From positions 1 to 64,000 of the forward strand of contig NW_026935687.1 in assembly GCF_032062105.1 (NCBI RefSeq): 64,000 nucleotides of DNA, read 5' to 3'. This document shows positions 13,432 to 25,420 of the stretch, in pieces; within the stretch, counting starts at the first letter, position 1, and each line of letters opens with the position of its first letter. Source of the stretch: Saccostrea cucullata (lineage: Eukaryota). A model generated the notes under the pieces. The model saw only the letters and a program-made list of their open reading frames with translations, was not told where the DNA came from and did no database searches. A program made the position numbers and the translations under genes.

Positions 13432-15872
13432 CATCACAAGATCACAAATATTTAAGAATATTTGAATTTCCAATGTCTTTGTGTTAGATAAAGTTATAAA
13501 TAGGTAATGTACTTTATTTCTACATAAATGAACTGGTTCATCGATAGGCGCAATAAAAAAAATACAAGGTGCGGGACGAAACAAATAGACTCAGAATCGA
13601 GGCTTGTAGCACGTGGATTGGCGGAATCAAGAGCATTTAAATATTAGGAATAACTGTCAGATATTTTTATTTCATGATGAAAATCAATAGATTGGCTTGT
13701 TTCAGAGTTTCAAATTATCCCACCGGCTACTCGATTGATAACATCAAGAAATAAAATCGTTTGACCGTATTTCTTTAATAAAAAAAAATCATAGGGTCGA
13801 AACCAGGACAAAATCATCAGCTTTTTTAATTACAACAAGAGAAAGTAAAACAGAATCTTCCTTTTTTAAAAATTGCCTTAACTAATAGAATTTAGTTAAA
13901 GTTTCGGCCACATTGCTATTATTTGTTAAGAAATCTTTATGATGCTAATTTTGTCTAAACATGGAAGATCTTAATCAATATATAAAAAAAAAGTTAAAGA
14001 TAATGAACAGTCATCAAACCAAAAACATCTGCATGAATAAAAAGAGTCTTTAAAAGTCATTGTACTATTTAAAACGTTTTTGCAAAAAAAGAGGTTCGCT
14101 TAAAATTCTAAACAATTAAATACAGTTACATTGTATCAGAGGGAAATAACTTACATTTGTATGCATCTGTTGATACATATTTTTTGTTGCATGCTGAACA
14201 TCTTCTGTTATAATGCTCTTGTATTTTCCCGCCACCTTCATTGTACTCAGTGCAATATCCTACAAGTCACTATTTTATATAAAGCCTCTACATAATGTAT
14301 ACAAAATAAAGTTACAACTAATTAAATTTTAATTTTTCTTAAATTTAATTTTGATATTTAACACTATTTTTGATAGAAAATTCAAGGAAATAACTGTTAT
14401 AAAAATACAATAAGAATCTTTTTGGTGTGTAGTGAATTAACTTTTAAAGCAATATGAGCTGCATTTTTGAGAATTTTATTTTGCTGGTAAAATGTGTTAT
14501 TATAATTAATCTGTAGGTAATCTATACCCTTATGATCAATAAAACCAAAATAAAGTTTATAAATGTTTCAGAGGAAAAAATCTGTACAAATGATTATACA
14601 GAATTTTATATTAAATCAATACTGTACAAGACGACAATAATTCAATTTTGCTTCAATCAAAGCGTATAAAAAGTTCTTTCGTAGAAAATTTGAACAACAG
14701 AAGTTTATAAATGTTCTATTTTCGGTCATTGAAATAGTTAATTAAAAATTTGCAAAAATGTCTCCGATGTCAAACATTCAGCTCATATTGCTTTAATCTC
14801 TGTGGGGGTTCCTATAATGTCAAATAAAATCAATTACAAAAGTTCAGCAGCGAAATCAGAAAAATACGCCGTCGCGCTAACACACAAGCACTGTCACGCT
14901 AACAAGAGTTCGCATAGCATGCCGTCGCGCCAACACCTAAAGTGTTGTCTCGCTAAAACAAATTCTCACAACACGTCCACTTGCACTCACACACTACTCA
15001 CGACGGTGCGCTGTGTGTTAGCACGACGACGTGTTGTGCGAACTCGTGTTAGCGTGACAGCGCGTTGGTTGTTACCACGCCGGCGTGTTCTGCAAACTCG
15101 TGTTACATTGCAGCGTGACAGCGTGTTGGATGTTACTGTGACGGCGTGTTGTGCGAATTCGTGTTACCATGAAAGTGCGTTGGGTGTTGAAGCGTGAGCG
15201 TGTTGTGCGAATTCGTGTTAGCATGAGAGCGTGTTGGATGTTACCGCCATGGCTGTTAAGCTTTTGCAAATGGCCCTATCAAGACAACATAGTTTCCTCC
15301 AAAAACATTTGCAAAATTAATATTTTAACCGACTAGACTTTGTTTACCTTTTGAAATGTTAGTGGCTGGAGCACACACTTCCACTGTAAGATTTCCCCAA
15401 GGATTAATAACACAGTGGTATTCTAATCTCCCTAAACAAGTACTTTTAATGGCTGAACAGTTCTTCTTTCTAGCAGCTTCCTTTACTCCAGCAAGATCTT
15501 TTGCACAATTGCGCACTACTGTTCTTGTGAGTTTTGAAACTTCGCAAAACTCAATATCCATAATCAATCCTTCAACAGCATAAAAAGCATCTCCCTGTAG
15601 AGAAACCTATTGATGTATAGATTTTATAATGGGGGCATTGAACACTAGTTATCTGAGTCTTAGGAGATATAACCGCAAATGATATTATCCATTGAAAAAA
15701 GTCTTTCTTTTTTTAAATTAAACAAGTACTGCAGCATTCAAGTCCATACTGTACATGTAAATGCTTGTTTGATTTATTTCAAATCATTTTGAAATATACT
15801 TGCCATGATTAAAATGCATATATAGAAAAACAATAGCTCTGTGGGACCTTTTAGGAACTCAATATCGCCCAT
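9026..15872 (-). CDS. Spliced gene for a 209-aa Cys-rich secreted or GPI-anchored protein of a bivalve-expanded uncharacterised family. CDS exons 15872-15804, 15594-15348, 14259-14155, 9479-9386, 9140-9026
   Basis: Exons join in frame (69+247+105+94+115=630 nt): MGDIEFLKGPTELLFFYICILIM|GDAFYAVEG...RNCAKD...KKNCSAIKSTC...YHCVINPWGNLTVEVCAPATNISK|GYCTEYNEGGGKIQEHYNRRCSACNKKYVSTDAYK|YPECYPRQ...SKE|RFPHVNGDNGLKAYACVERKSFLILLYAVFLLASFCSA*. All acceptors are AG and donors are GT except the first (GC). No stops. Confidence 0.8.
10555..11868 (+). mobile_element. Internally deleted Tc1-family transposon (in intron 3 of the Cys-rich gene)
   Basis: TIRs tacacttaacaaaacttataggtgttcac / gtgaacacttagaagtttggttcagtgta with TA ends. 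Transposase motif PDLNPIEHIW at ~11340-11370. Confidence 0.8.
11575..11787 (+). repeat. Perfect 105-bp tandem duplication inside the Tc1 remnant
   Basis: ttttgagggtacatc...ttaaccaagaatt repeated with period 105. Confidence 0.9.
12316..12660 (+). mobile_element. HINE/DINE-1-like (Pearl/CvA-type) non-autonomous Helentron
   Basis: 5' hairpin cccactt-gaa-aagtggg, (GTCC/GTCT)n microsatellite at 12365-12420, ccgcaactcctc core, sub-terminal gggtatca and a 3' gtgagc...gatcac hairpin. Confidence 0.7.
13384..13424 (+). repeat. Poly(T) run of ~41 nt
   Basis: Directly visible homopolymer. Confidence 0.95.
13643..13780. repeat. Imperfect palindromic element
   Basis: Arms attaggaataactgtcagatatttttatttcatgatg and catcaagaaataaaatcgtttgaccgtatttctttaat are roughly complementary. 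Confidence 0.5.
14825..15278. mobile_element. GC-rich MITE with inverted arrays of ~40-bp subterminal repeats; CTA terminus is Academ-like
   Basis: ttacaaaagttcagcagc vs gctgttaagcttttgcaaatggcccta. Repeats tgttagcgtgacggcgtgttgtgcgaattcg on the right and their reverse complement on the left. Explains the spurious ORFs at 14802-15336. Confidence 0.6.
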
Positions 15873-16311
15873 GATTTAATTCTGAAAGAAGAAAAATGAA
15901 ATAAATATTGCATGAGGCATGTTAGAGACTATATGTATTTATCTTGCAATTCTGAATTCTTCTGTCTGAAATAATATATACATGTTTCTGTATTGTTTTT
16001 TTTAAATATCTGAAAATTATGATGTTACATAAAACTCTATCTTTTTATATATTAAGACCCCTCTATGACTTAAAGTAGTAAAGAGTACAAATGAATTAAA
16101 TTGACTGAAAAGATAATAAATAAAGTTAAACAAGTTAGTACAGAGTTCACCGTGTAATTTACTCCAATTAATGTCCAATCTTTTTTTTAAATCTGATTAG
16201 AAGAAATCATTCTTTAATTGTGTAACAGTTTAAATGCTCAAGCTCATTCTTCGCAACTTCTTCAAGTCAGTCGTTCTTCTTCATGTAAATCTGTTGTGCA
16301 TTTTACAGTCT

Positions 16312-16439
16312 NNNNNNNNNNNNNNNNNNNNNNNNNNNNNNNNNNNNNNNNNNNNNNNNNNNNNNNNNNNNNNNNNNNNNNNNNNNNNNNNNNNNNNNNN
16401 NNNNNNNNNNNNNNNNNNNNNNNNNNNNNNNNNNNNNNN
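16312..16439. other. Assembly gap (128 N)
   Basis: Run of N. Confidence 1.
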
Positions 16440-17500
16440 GATGTCACACAGGTGAAAATAATTATAAAAGAAAAAGAAAATGAAGTTTCCAAATTTCATT
16501 TAACACAAGCGCTTTCTGGATTTCATAATCCGTCTTCAGGTGTACATAAATTGAACTGATTGTTTTGCATAGTAACGTTAACTATGACGTCATGACGTCA
16601 TGAGAGTCTTTGCAGGGAAGGAGGTAATCTATGACGTCATAGTATGGCTACGTTACGTAAAAGTTAGGGAAAATCAAATTGGACAATAATGGACAATAAA
16701 TCACATATTTTTCAGTCTCAATAAACAAAGTAAACAGAAATTCTAATTGATGATATATAAAACTAGGTAATTTCTCAATGTTAATGATTGTTCAGTTTTG
16801 GTGAAAAAAGATTTATGAAGTAGTTTTCTTTTGCTAATCTCATTGCAGTGGAATCGTTCCTAAGTTTATAAAAGGGGAACACACAGTAGTTTCCTTGTGA
16901 GCAAATATCGAAATGTTCACTGCATGGCGTGTTTCTGAGGCTCGGATTGTTAATTTGTTGGCGATGTACGCGCATGCGGGCGGTTAATTGGGTCCCGGTC
17001 TGGCCGATGTATTCCTCTCCGCAGTTGTTACACGTAATACAATAAAGGAGGTTTTTGCTCTTACAGGTCATATTTTCATTCACAAGAAATGTTTTTCCAC
17101 ACTTGAAAATAATAGAGGATCCTGTTCGTAGGTTAGGACAGGTACCGCATCTCGGATCACCGCATCTTGTTACGGAATATTGTTCTGGAGTGGTGTTGAA
17201 TTTAGCTCTGGTCAATAGTCTTTTTAAAACCAAAGACAACCGCCAAAGACAACCGCCATATTTAAAAAGACTATTGACCAGAGCTAAATTTCGTTTTCAT
17301 TTGGGAGTTTATAAAAAGGGAAAATCTTAAATATTCCTTTGCCACATTTTGCGAAATGTTCACAACACGGTGTATTACGCATACTAGGGTCTTTGATTTG
17401 TTGTTTGTGCACACGAACCCTGGCATTTAGTTTTTTTTGACGTGTGTCAAGAATATTATATTGGACAAACGGGAAATCCGTTTTCAGGTGTACATATTTG
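16440..17500 (-). mobile_element. Penelope-like element 3' fragments: C-terminal GIY-YIG endonuclease (ORF 17239-16781), pLTR, and a second diverged fragment (17284-17500)
   Basis: LKRLLTRAKF...CGDPRCGTC...CKSKNLLYCITCNNCGEEYIGQTG...R.R.H...E.YFI....PKLN is a PLE GIY-YIG domain with a Cys-rich linker. The downstream region has repeated TGACGTCA and a hammerhead. Confidence 0.9.
16502..16545 (-). ncRNA. Minimal type I hammerhead ribozyme in a Penelope pseudo-LTR
   Basis: Minus strand reads uACAC-CUGAAGA-cGGAUU-auga-AAUCCa-GAAA-GCGC-UU-GUGUu. It has the conserved CUGAnGA and GAAA core, stem II, a palindromic minimal stem III, a CUU cleavage triplet and stem I ACAC/GUGU. It lies ~240 bp downstream of a GIY-YIG ORF. 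Confidence 0.8.
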
Positions 17501-19579
17501 AACAAAGAGTTCGTGATAATAATTGAAAAAAATTATCTTAAAACGGAAGGGAAGTAAAATGCTTGCCAGAATTTTGGAAAGACGAATCTATCTTTTTAGG
17601 GACATTTCTTATTGGCGAATTTCATAGAAATTATTTACTAGTAGATAAACATTTCACGTTGGGAGCAGTTAACTGGAAGAAATGAAACAATATTGGTGTT
17701 TTTGTCTTCGTAGTCAAAATTGTCAGCAAATAAATATGAAATTGATAATAAATTTAACCATGTATGAAGTATTCCAATAGACATTCTCATCCCTAAAAAT
17801 TCTCAATAAGATTGCATGCATACGGATAAAAGAATTAACCAATAGTGCAAATTCGAAAATAAGTACAAACAAGATTTACATTATATACTACCGGACACTT
17901 CAATATGAAGGAATACTGGTGCACACAGTAGTTATTTTATCGATTTGACAAATCAAAAATTAACTGAAATTTTAATTTGTCAAAATAATTTGGTAGATAT
18001 TTTGCAGATGTGATTGCAAATGTCTGAACATTTTGACACAATCTAATAAAAAAACTAACTTTACTTTGTTCAGTATTAGAATTTATAACTCATCATGGAC
18101 TAAAATTAGAACTGAATACGAATCAATGAAATTGACCGAATTCAAAAAATTATAAAATGAAACAAGTAACAAAATAGCTGTTTACCACATAATTTCTTCT
18201 CTTTTGTTCACTCTTTAATAACTCTGATTATTAAGAGATATTGTTTCAATTTGTGATTGTTTAAATGCTCAAACTCAGCTATCAGACTTTTACTCGCAGT
18301 CGTTTCCCTCTTAGACTAACCTACAGACCCACATAAAAGATCTTAGCTTGAATGCAGGACGTCATTTAAATGTTTCCTTGCTTCAGTGACTGTTAAAAAA
18401 ATTGAAATGTACACAATCTATTTATAACATGAATCATTAAATCCTATCATTATAGTAGGTTTAAAACAAATAGTGTAGAATGTATCTTTTTGCCTGATAC
18501 ATTATTCTCATCTAAATGCTTATCTATATAAATATTACAAATAAAAAGTAATAATCAGGTAAAGAATGACCTGTTCAACTCTTGTCATAAAATGATCAAG
18601 ATAGAACAATTTTTCATATAATTGAAATTATCTATCATACAATAGGAGAGAAGTAAAATGCTGGGCAAAATTTAAAAACGAAAGGTTCGAATCTATCTTT
18701 TTATAATCATTTCTTGTTCACAAATTCAAATTTTTGACCGTTTGCAATCATCTATACTTTTAATGTTATACAAATGCACGATGCTAAAACGTGACAAATC
18801 TTTATAACGTGCTTTTTGTAAAAACTCTCTGCCGTGTATTTTAATTTTTCACCTCGTTATAATTGAATGAAATTGATGGAATAGATAATAAAAAAGTTGA
18901 AACAAGTTAATAAAGAGCTAACTGTGTAGTTTCCTCTCATTAACATCAACTCTTTTTTTAATCTGATTAGTAGAAATCATTGTTTAAATTTGTAACAATT
19001 CAAAAGTACAAGCTCAATCATCGAAACTTTTACGTTGTTTTCCTAAATCGGTTTCGCATTTTACAGTTCCTCCGAACAGTAAGAAGGACCATTTTATATA
19101 AACTCACCCCCCCCCCCCAAAAAAAAGAAAGGCATATTAGGAACAATGCCCTGCAAATTATATATATAGTTTTGCCATACCCCTTTTTGTAGTTGGAAAG
19201 ATTGCATTCGGCTGAAATGCATTTTTTTTATGCAATTGTTAACTTTACAGCTATTCTACAATTCTCAGAGACAAAATAAACCTGATTTTGCAACATTCCT
19301 CCAAAAGTTTTGATCTCAATATCAATTTGTTGATTTCTGCTGCAATTCTTTCAGGTTTAAAAGGGCTATAAAAAGCAGGGGTTCTCGATATTTTGAATTT
19401 GGTTTTATTTGAAAATTGACACTTTCTAAAACTGCTGTTTCTGAATGTTGCCTAGCACAAAAAAGAAAATTGGCGACTGGAAGCAGGGGTACCACAGTCT
19501 ACAATTGCAAGAGGTTTTAATTTAACGTTTCGCACAGCTATATATTTAATGTTTCGAACAGCTATATATCGAACATATA

Positions 19580-19645
19580 ATCCGTCGAAATATGGCTGAA
19601 AATTGCGGACTCGGCGTTAAACAATATACAATCAATCGATCAATC
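19580..19645 (+). mobile_element. SINE/LINE 3' tail fragment; duplicate at ~23130-23196
   Basis: gaaatatggctgaaaattgcggactcggcgttaaacaatata(caat)n, typical of a bivalve SINE tail. Confidence 0.6.
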
Positions 19646-22600
19646 TGACCTATAAAACATAAACCGTTAACATCGAACATCCAATGTTGGCAAAAATACG
19701 GTACACTACGTGTGACATCAGCAGCACAGCATCACTTTAGAGGATAATGTAAATTGCATTAATGTAACACAATGACGTCATCTAAAGCATTAGCTATCCC
19801 CGAACTGCACAGATAATTTAACAAGACAGTTTTCAGTTGCCTACGAGATACTAATCCATAATGTTTATCGGAAAGCCTTTTATAAGTTAAAGAGTGATAA
19901 TGCTTTGTAATGAACTTAAGACTGATAACTGTCTCCAGGATGTTAAAAAAGTTGGTGTTGGTAGTGTATTGAAATGGAAAACGGAATTTTGCGAAAGTAA
20001 GAATTCAAAGGATTTTCATTGAAATAGGTACTCTAACCATAATCTCCCTACAAATGCCTATTCAATTTTGCAGCATCCTAGTGCTGTATTGCAATCTCAC
20101 AGTACACAGCCACATACGGCTCATTTGACAATAGAAAAAATAGCTAAACCCCAAAATAATCGCTTCACAAAAAATACCCAACTATACATTATCAGAGAGA
20201 TCTCACTTTTTTTTCTATTGTACTTATGATGAATGGGTGTAATAAATATAATTTGTGAAAATACTCCAAGAAGCCCCGGGGTTGACTATTTTTTTTTTGT
20301 TCGGGGGGGGGGGATATCCACAAGTACCCGTGTGTTCAATGTGTCAATAAAATTCTACTATGCGTTTTTAAAGAGTATATATTACGAAGCGACAGTGGTT
20401 TTTTTTTTTGCATTTGTAACTGTATTACTGACGCATAGATGTCTATTAGAGATATATCTTTATAGATACAACAATTACAGGTACTTATTAATTATGGCTA
20501 AGTCTACACACTCTATTTATTGGACACATTTACAATGCTACATGTATCATTTTGAATTGAAAAAATAGTGTAGAATGTAGCTTATACACTATTCACATCG
20601 GAATGTTTATCTTTTAGAATACCACAGGTAAAAAAGTAAAAATTAAATAAAGAATTACCTGTTCAACTATTCTCATCAAATGATCAAATAGAACCATTTT
20701 ACCCATAATTGAAAAAAAATTATCTTACAACGGAAGGGAAGTAAAATGCTTGCCAGAATTTTGGAAAGACGAATCTATCTTTTTAGGGACATTTCTTATT
20801 GGCGAATTTCATAGAAATTATTTACTAGTAGATAAACATTTCACATTTGGAGCAGTGAACTTGTAGAAATGAAACAAGATTGGTGTTTTTGTCTTGGTAG
20901 TCATAATTGTCAGCAAATAAAATATGAAATTGATAATAAATTTAACCATGTATGAAGTATTCCAGTAGACACTCTCGTCCCCTAAACTCTCAATAAGATT
21001 GTATGCATACGGATAAAAGAATTAACCAATAGTGCAAATTCGAAAATAAGTACAAACGAGATTTACATTATATTCCACCGGACACTTCAATGAGAAGGAA
21101 TATTGGTGCACACAGTAGTTATTTTATCGATTTAACAAATCAAAAATTAAGTGAAATTTTAATTTGTCAAAATAATTTGGAAGATATTTTGCAGATGTGA
21201 TTGCAAATATCTTAACATTTTGACACGATCTAATAAAAAAAAAACAAACTTTACTTTGTTCAGTATTAGAATTAACAACCCATCATGGACTAAAATTAGA
21301 ATTGAATACGCATCAATGAAATTGACCTAATTAAAAAAAATAGAAAATGAAAAAAGTAAGAAAATAGCTGCTTACCATATAATTTCTTCTCTTTTGTTCA
21401 CTCTTTTATGAATCTGATTATTAAAAAATATTGTTTCAACTTGTGACAGTTTAAATGCTCAAACTCAGCTATCTGACTTTTACTCGCAGTCGTTTTCCTC
21501 TTAGACTAACCTACAGACCCACATATTAGATCTTATCTTGAATGCAGGACGTCCTTTAAATGTTTTCCTTGCTTCAGTGACTGTTAAAAAAATTGAAATC
21601 TACACAATCTATTTATATCATGAATCATTTAATCCTATCATTTGAATTGGTTTAAAACAAATAGTGTAGAATGTAGCTTTTTGCCTCATACATTATTCTC
21701 ATCTAAATGCTTATCGATATAAATATTACAAATAAAAAGTAATAATCAGGTAAAGATTGACCTGTTCAACTCTTGTCTTAAGATGATCAAAGTAGAACAA
21801 TTTTCCATATAATTGAAATTATCTATCATACAATAGGAGAGAAGTAAAATACTGGGCTAAATTTAAAAACGAAAGGTTCGAATCTATCTTTTTATAATCA
21901 TTTCTTGTTCGCAAATTCAAATTTTTGACCGTTTGCAATCATTTACACTTTTAATGTTATACAAATGCACGATGCTAAAACGTGACATTTCTTTATATCG
22001 TGCTTTTTGTAAAAACTCTCTGCTGTGTATTTCAATTTTTTACCTCGCAGTAAGAACGGTATATATGCTATAAGACAACAGGCATTCTCTACTCTGTTCT
22101 CCGAATTCTCCACATTTTATTGATAACGGAAATAGACAATAGTGCAAATTCATAATTAGTACAAACTAAATGCATATTGTACATTAACTGCCGTCAATTA
22201 GAACTAAAACTAATGGACTCTTCATCAGTTACTTTATAGATTAACTCAATCCAAAAATGAATATTCATTTAGTCAAAATAATTCGGTCCATGTTTATGCA
22301 ATTTTTTTTTTCAATATCTGAAAGTTATGACACGATGTAACACAAAACTCTACCTTTTGATAAATTTCAGAATTATCCTCCTTCTATGACAAAAAGTAGT
22401 AAATAGTATAATTGAATGAAATTGACGGATAAGATAATAAAAAAGTTGAAACAAGTTAATAAAGAGCTTACTCTGTAGTTTCCTCCCATTAACATCAACT
22501 CTTTTTTGAATCTGATTAGGAGAAATCATTGTTTAAATTTGTAACAATTCAAAAGTTCAAGCTCAATTATCGAAACTTTAACATTGTTTTCCTAAATCGG

Positions 22601-25094
22601 TTTCGCATTTTACAGTTCCTCCGAACAGTAAGAAGGACCATTTTATATAAACTCACCCCCCCCCCCAAAAAAAAGAAAGGCATATTAGGAACAATGCCCT
22701 GCAAATTATATATATAGTTTTGCCATACCTTTTTGTGTAGATTGAAAAATTGCATTCGGCTGAAATGCATTTCTTTTATGCAATTGTTAACTTTACAGCT
22801 ATTCTACAATTCTCAGAGACAAAATAAACCTGATTTTGCAACATTCCTCCAAAAGTTTTGATCTCAATATCAATTTGTTGATTTCTGCTGCAATTCTTTC
22901 AGGTTTAAAAGGGCTATAAAAAGCAGGGGTTCTCGATATTTTGAATTTGGTTTTATTTGAAAATTGACACTTTCTAAAACTGCTGTTTCTGAATGTTGCA
23001 TAGCATAAAAAGAAAAATAGGCGACTGGAAGCAGGGGTACCACAGTCTACAATTGCAAGAGTTTTGAATTTAATGTTTCGCACAGCTATATATATCTAAT
23101 GTTTCGAACAGCTATATATCGAACATATAATACGTCGAAATATGGCTGAAAATTGCGGACTCGGCGGTAAACAATATACAATCAATCGATCAATCTAACC
23201 TATAAAACATAAACCATTAAGATCGAACATCCAATGTTGGCAAAAATACGGTACACTACGTGTGACATCAGCAGCAGAGCATCACTTTAGAGGATACTGT
23301 AAATTGCATTAATGTAACACAATGAACGTCATCTAAAGCATGATCTATCCCCGAATTGCACAGATCAAGTAACAAGACAGTTTTCAGTTGCCTACGAGAT
23401 ACTAATCCATAATGTTTATCGGAAAGACTCTTATAAGTTAAAGGGTGATAATACTTTGTAATGAACGTTAGACTGATAACTGTCTCCAGGATGTTAAAAA
23501 AGTTGGTGTTGGTAGTGTAATGAAATGGAAAACGGAATTTTGCGAAAGTAAGAATTCAAAGGATTTTCATTGAAATAGGTACTCTAACCATAATCTCCCT
23601 ACAAATGCCTATTCAATTTTGCAGCATCCTAGTGCTGTATTGCAATCTCACAGTACACAGCCACATACGGCTCATTTGACAATACAAAATATAGTTAAAC
23701 CCCCAAAATAGTCGCTCCACAAAAAATACCCAACTATACATTATCAGAGAGATCTCACTTTTTTCTATTGTACTTATAATGAATAGGTGTAATAAATATA
23801 ATTTGTGAAAATACTCCAAGAAGCCCCGGGGTTGACTATTTTTTTTTTGTTGGGGGGGGGGATATCCACAAGAACCCGTGTGTTCAATGTGTCAATAAAA
23901 TTCTACCATGCGTTTTTAAAGTGTATATATAACGAAGCGACAGTGGGTTTTCTTGCATTAGTAACTGTATTACTGACGCATTGATGTCAATTAGAGATAT
24001 ATCTGTATAGATACAACAATTACCGGTACTTATTAATTATGGCTAAGTCTACACACTCTATTTATTGGACACGTTTACAATGCTATCATTTTGAATTGAA
24101 AAAATAGTGTGGAATGTAGCTTATACACTATTCACATCGGAGTGTTTATCTTTTAGAATACCTCAGGTAAAAAAGTAATAATCAAATAAAGAATTACCTG
24201 TTCAACTATTTTCGTCAAATGATCAAAATAGAAACATTTTACCCATAATTGAAAAAAAATTATCTTACAACGGAAGGGAAGTAAAATGCTTGTCAGAATT
24301 TTGGAAAGACGAATCTACCTTTTTACGGACATTTCTTGTTGGCGAATTTCATAGAAATTATTTACTAGTAGATAAACATTTCACGTTTTGAGCAGTTAAC
24401 TTGAAGAAATGAAACAATATTGGTGTTTTTGTCTTGGTAGTCATGTCAGAAAATAAAATATGAAATTGATAATAAATTTAACCATGTATGAAGTATTCCA
24501 GTAGACACTCTCGTCTCTAAAAACTCTCAATAAGATTGCATGCATACGGATGAAAGAATTAACTAATAGTGCAAATTCGAAAATTTACACAAATACAATT
24601 TTATGTCTTATAAAATGATTTATATACAATCTATTTTACATTGTTTTTGACAAATTTAGATGAAAATTGCAGTTGCTATTGATTTTTAATGTAAAAAGAG
24701 TGGGGTCGACTGGATCGGGATCGAACTCATGTTTGGATCGGGTTCGGCTTCATCGGGATCGAGTGCTCAATTAATTCAATTTTACGCAAACATGAGGTTG
24801 GAATCAATTTTATGAATTTAGAGAGAAATTCAAATTTCTCTGATTTAAAGCTATATTTTTTACTCCTGCGACACCACCTCAGACGCGTTATCAGTTTGAA
24901 CAGTTTAATGGATTGTGCAATTGTCTTAATCGATTTCGGATTAGTCAGCATGGAGGTAAAAACCTTATATCCCAAACCGCGCACTGTAGTGCAGATAGGT
25001 CAATCCTTCTTTGAAGAGTTGCTTTGTGTTTTTTAACTGAATGAACCAGATTCCGATAATTCACGGCTACAGAAACATCCATTAAATCGTTAAT

Positions 25095-25420
25095 ATGAGC
25101 CAGGGGCGGTCTCAAGACCCGCGAGCTAGCCAGCTCAAGAGAATTACTCGACTTTCAAGTTGGTCAGCAGACATCCATCCAAGTAGGCGACAGTGATTGA
25201 CAATAATAAACTTTTACACCATCAATATCACCAGTTCACCAGCAAAATTAAATTTGGCACCACTGTAGTTTCTGGAACCCAGACATGAAATACTTGGCAA
25301 GTGATGGGGTTCACCTGAAGACAGAAGCTGCGACCACCGGTTCATGAAGAAGTACCTTCAGAACATAAAAAGTGCTGCCCTCCATGCCTCCCATCTGATT
25401 GGATGGGAGAATAATGATAA
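25095..25420 (+). mobile_element. Decayed SGNH-hydrolase ORF fragment, probably from a Ngaro/DIRS tyrosine-recombinase retrotransposon
   Basis: Frameshifted translation ARGGLKTREL ... IKF/WHHCSFWNPDMKYLASDGVHLKTE.../MKKYLQNIKSAALHA. DGVHL is the SGNH block V catalytic motif. Confidence 0.6.

Noticed and set aside
14802-15336. Arg/Val/Thr-rich ORFs
   Set aside because: Translations of MITE subterminal repeats in an intron.
16218-16559. ORFs spanning the N run
   Set aside because: Artefacts of the assembly gap.
22799-23083. ORF containing VDCGTP, resembling the start of a sushi/CCP domain
   Set aside because: The other sushi Cys/Trp positions are absent and the paralogous copy (~19455) has a stop.
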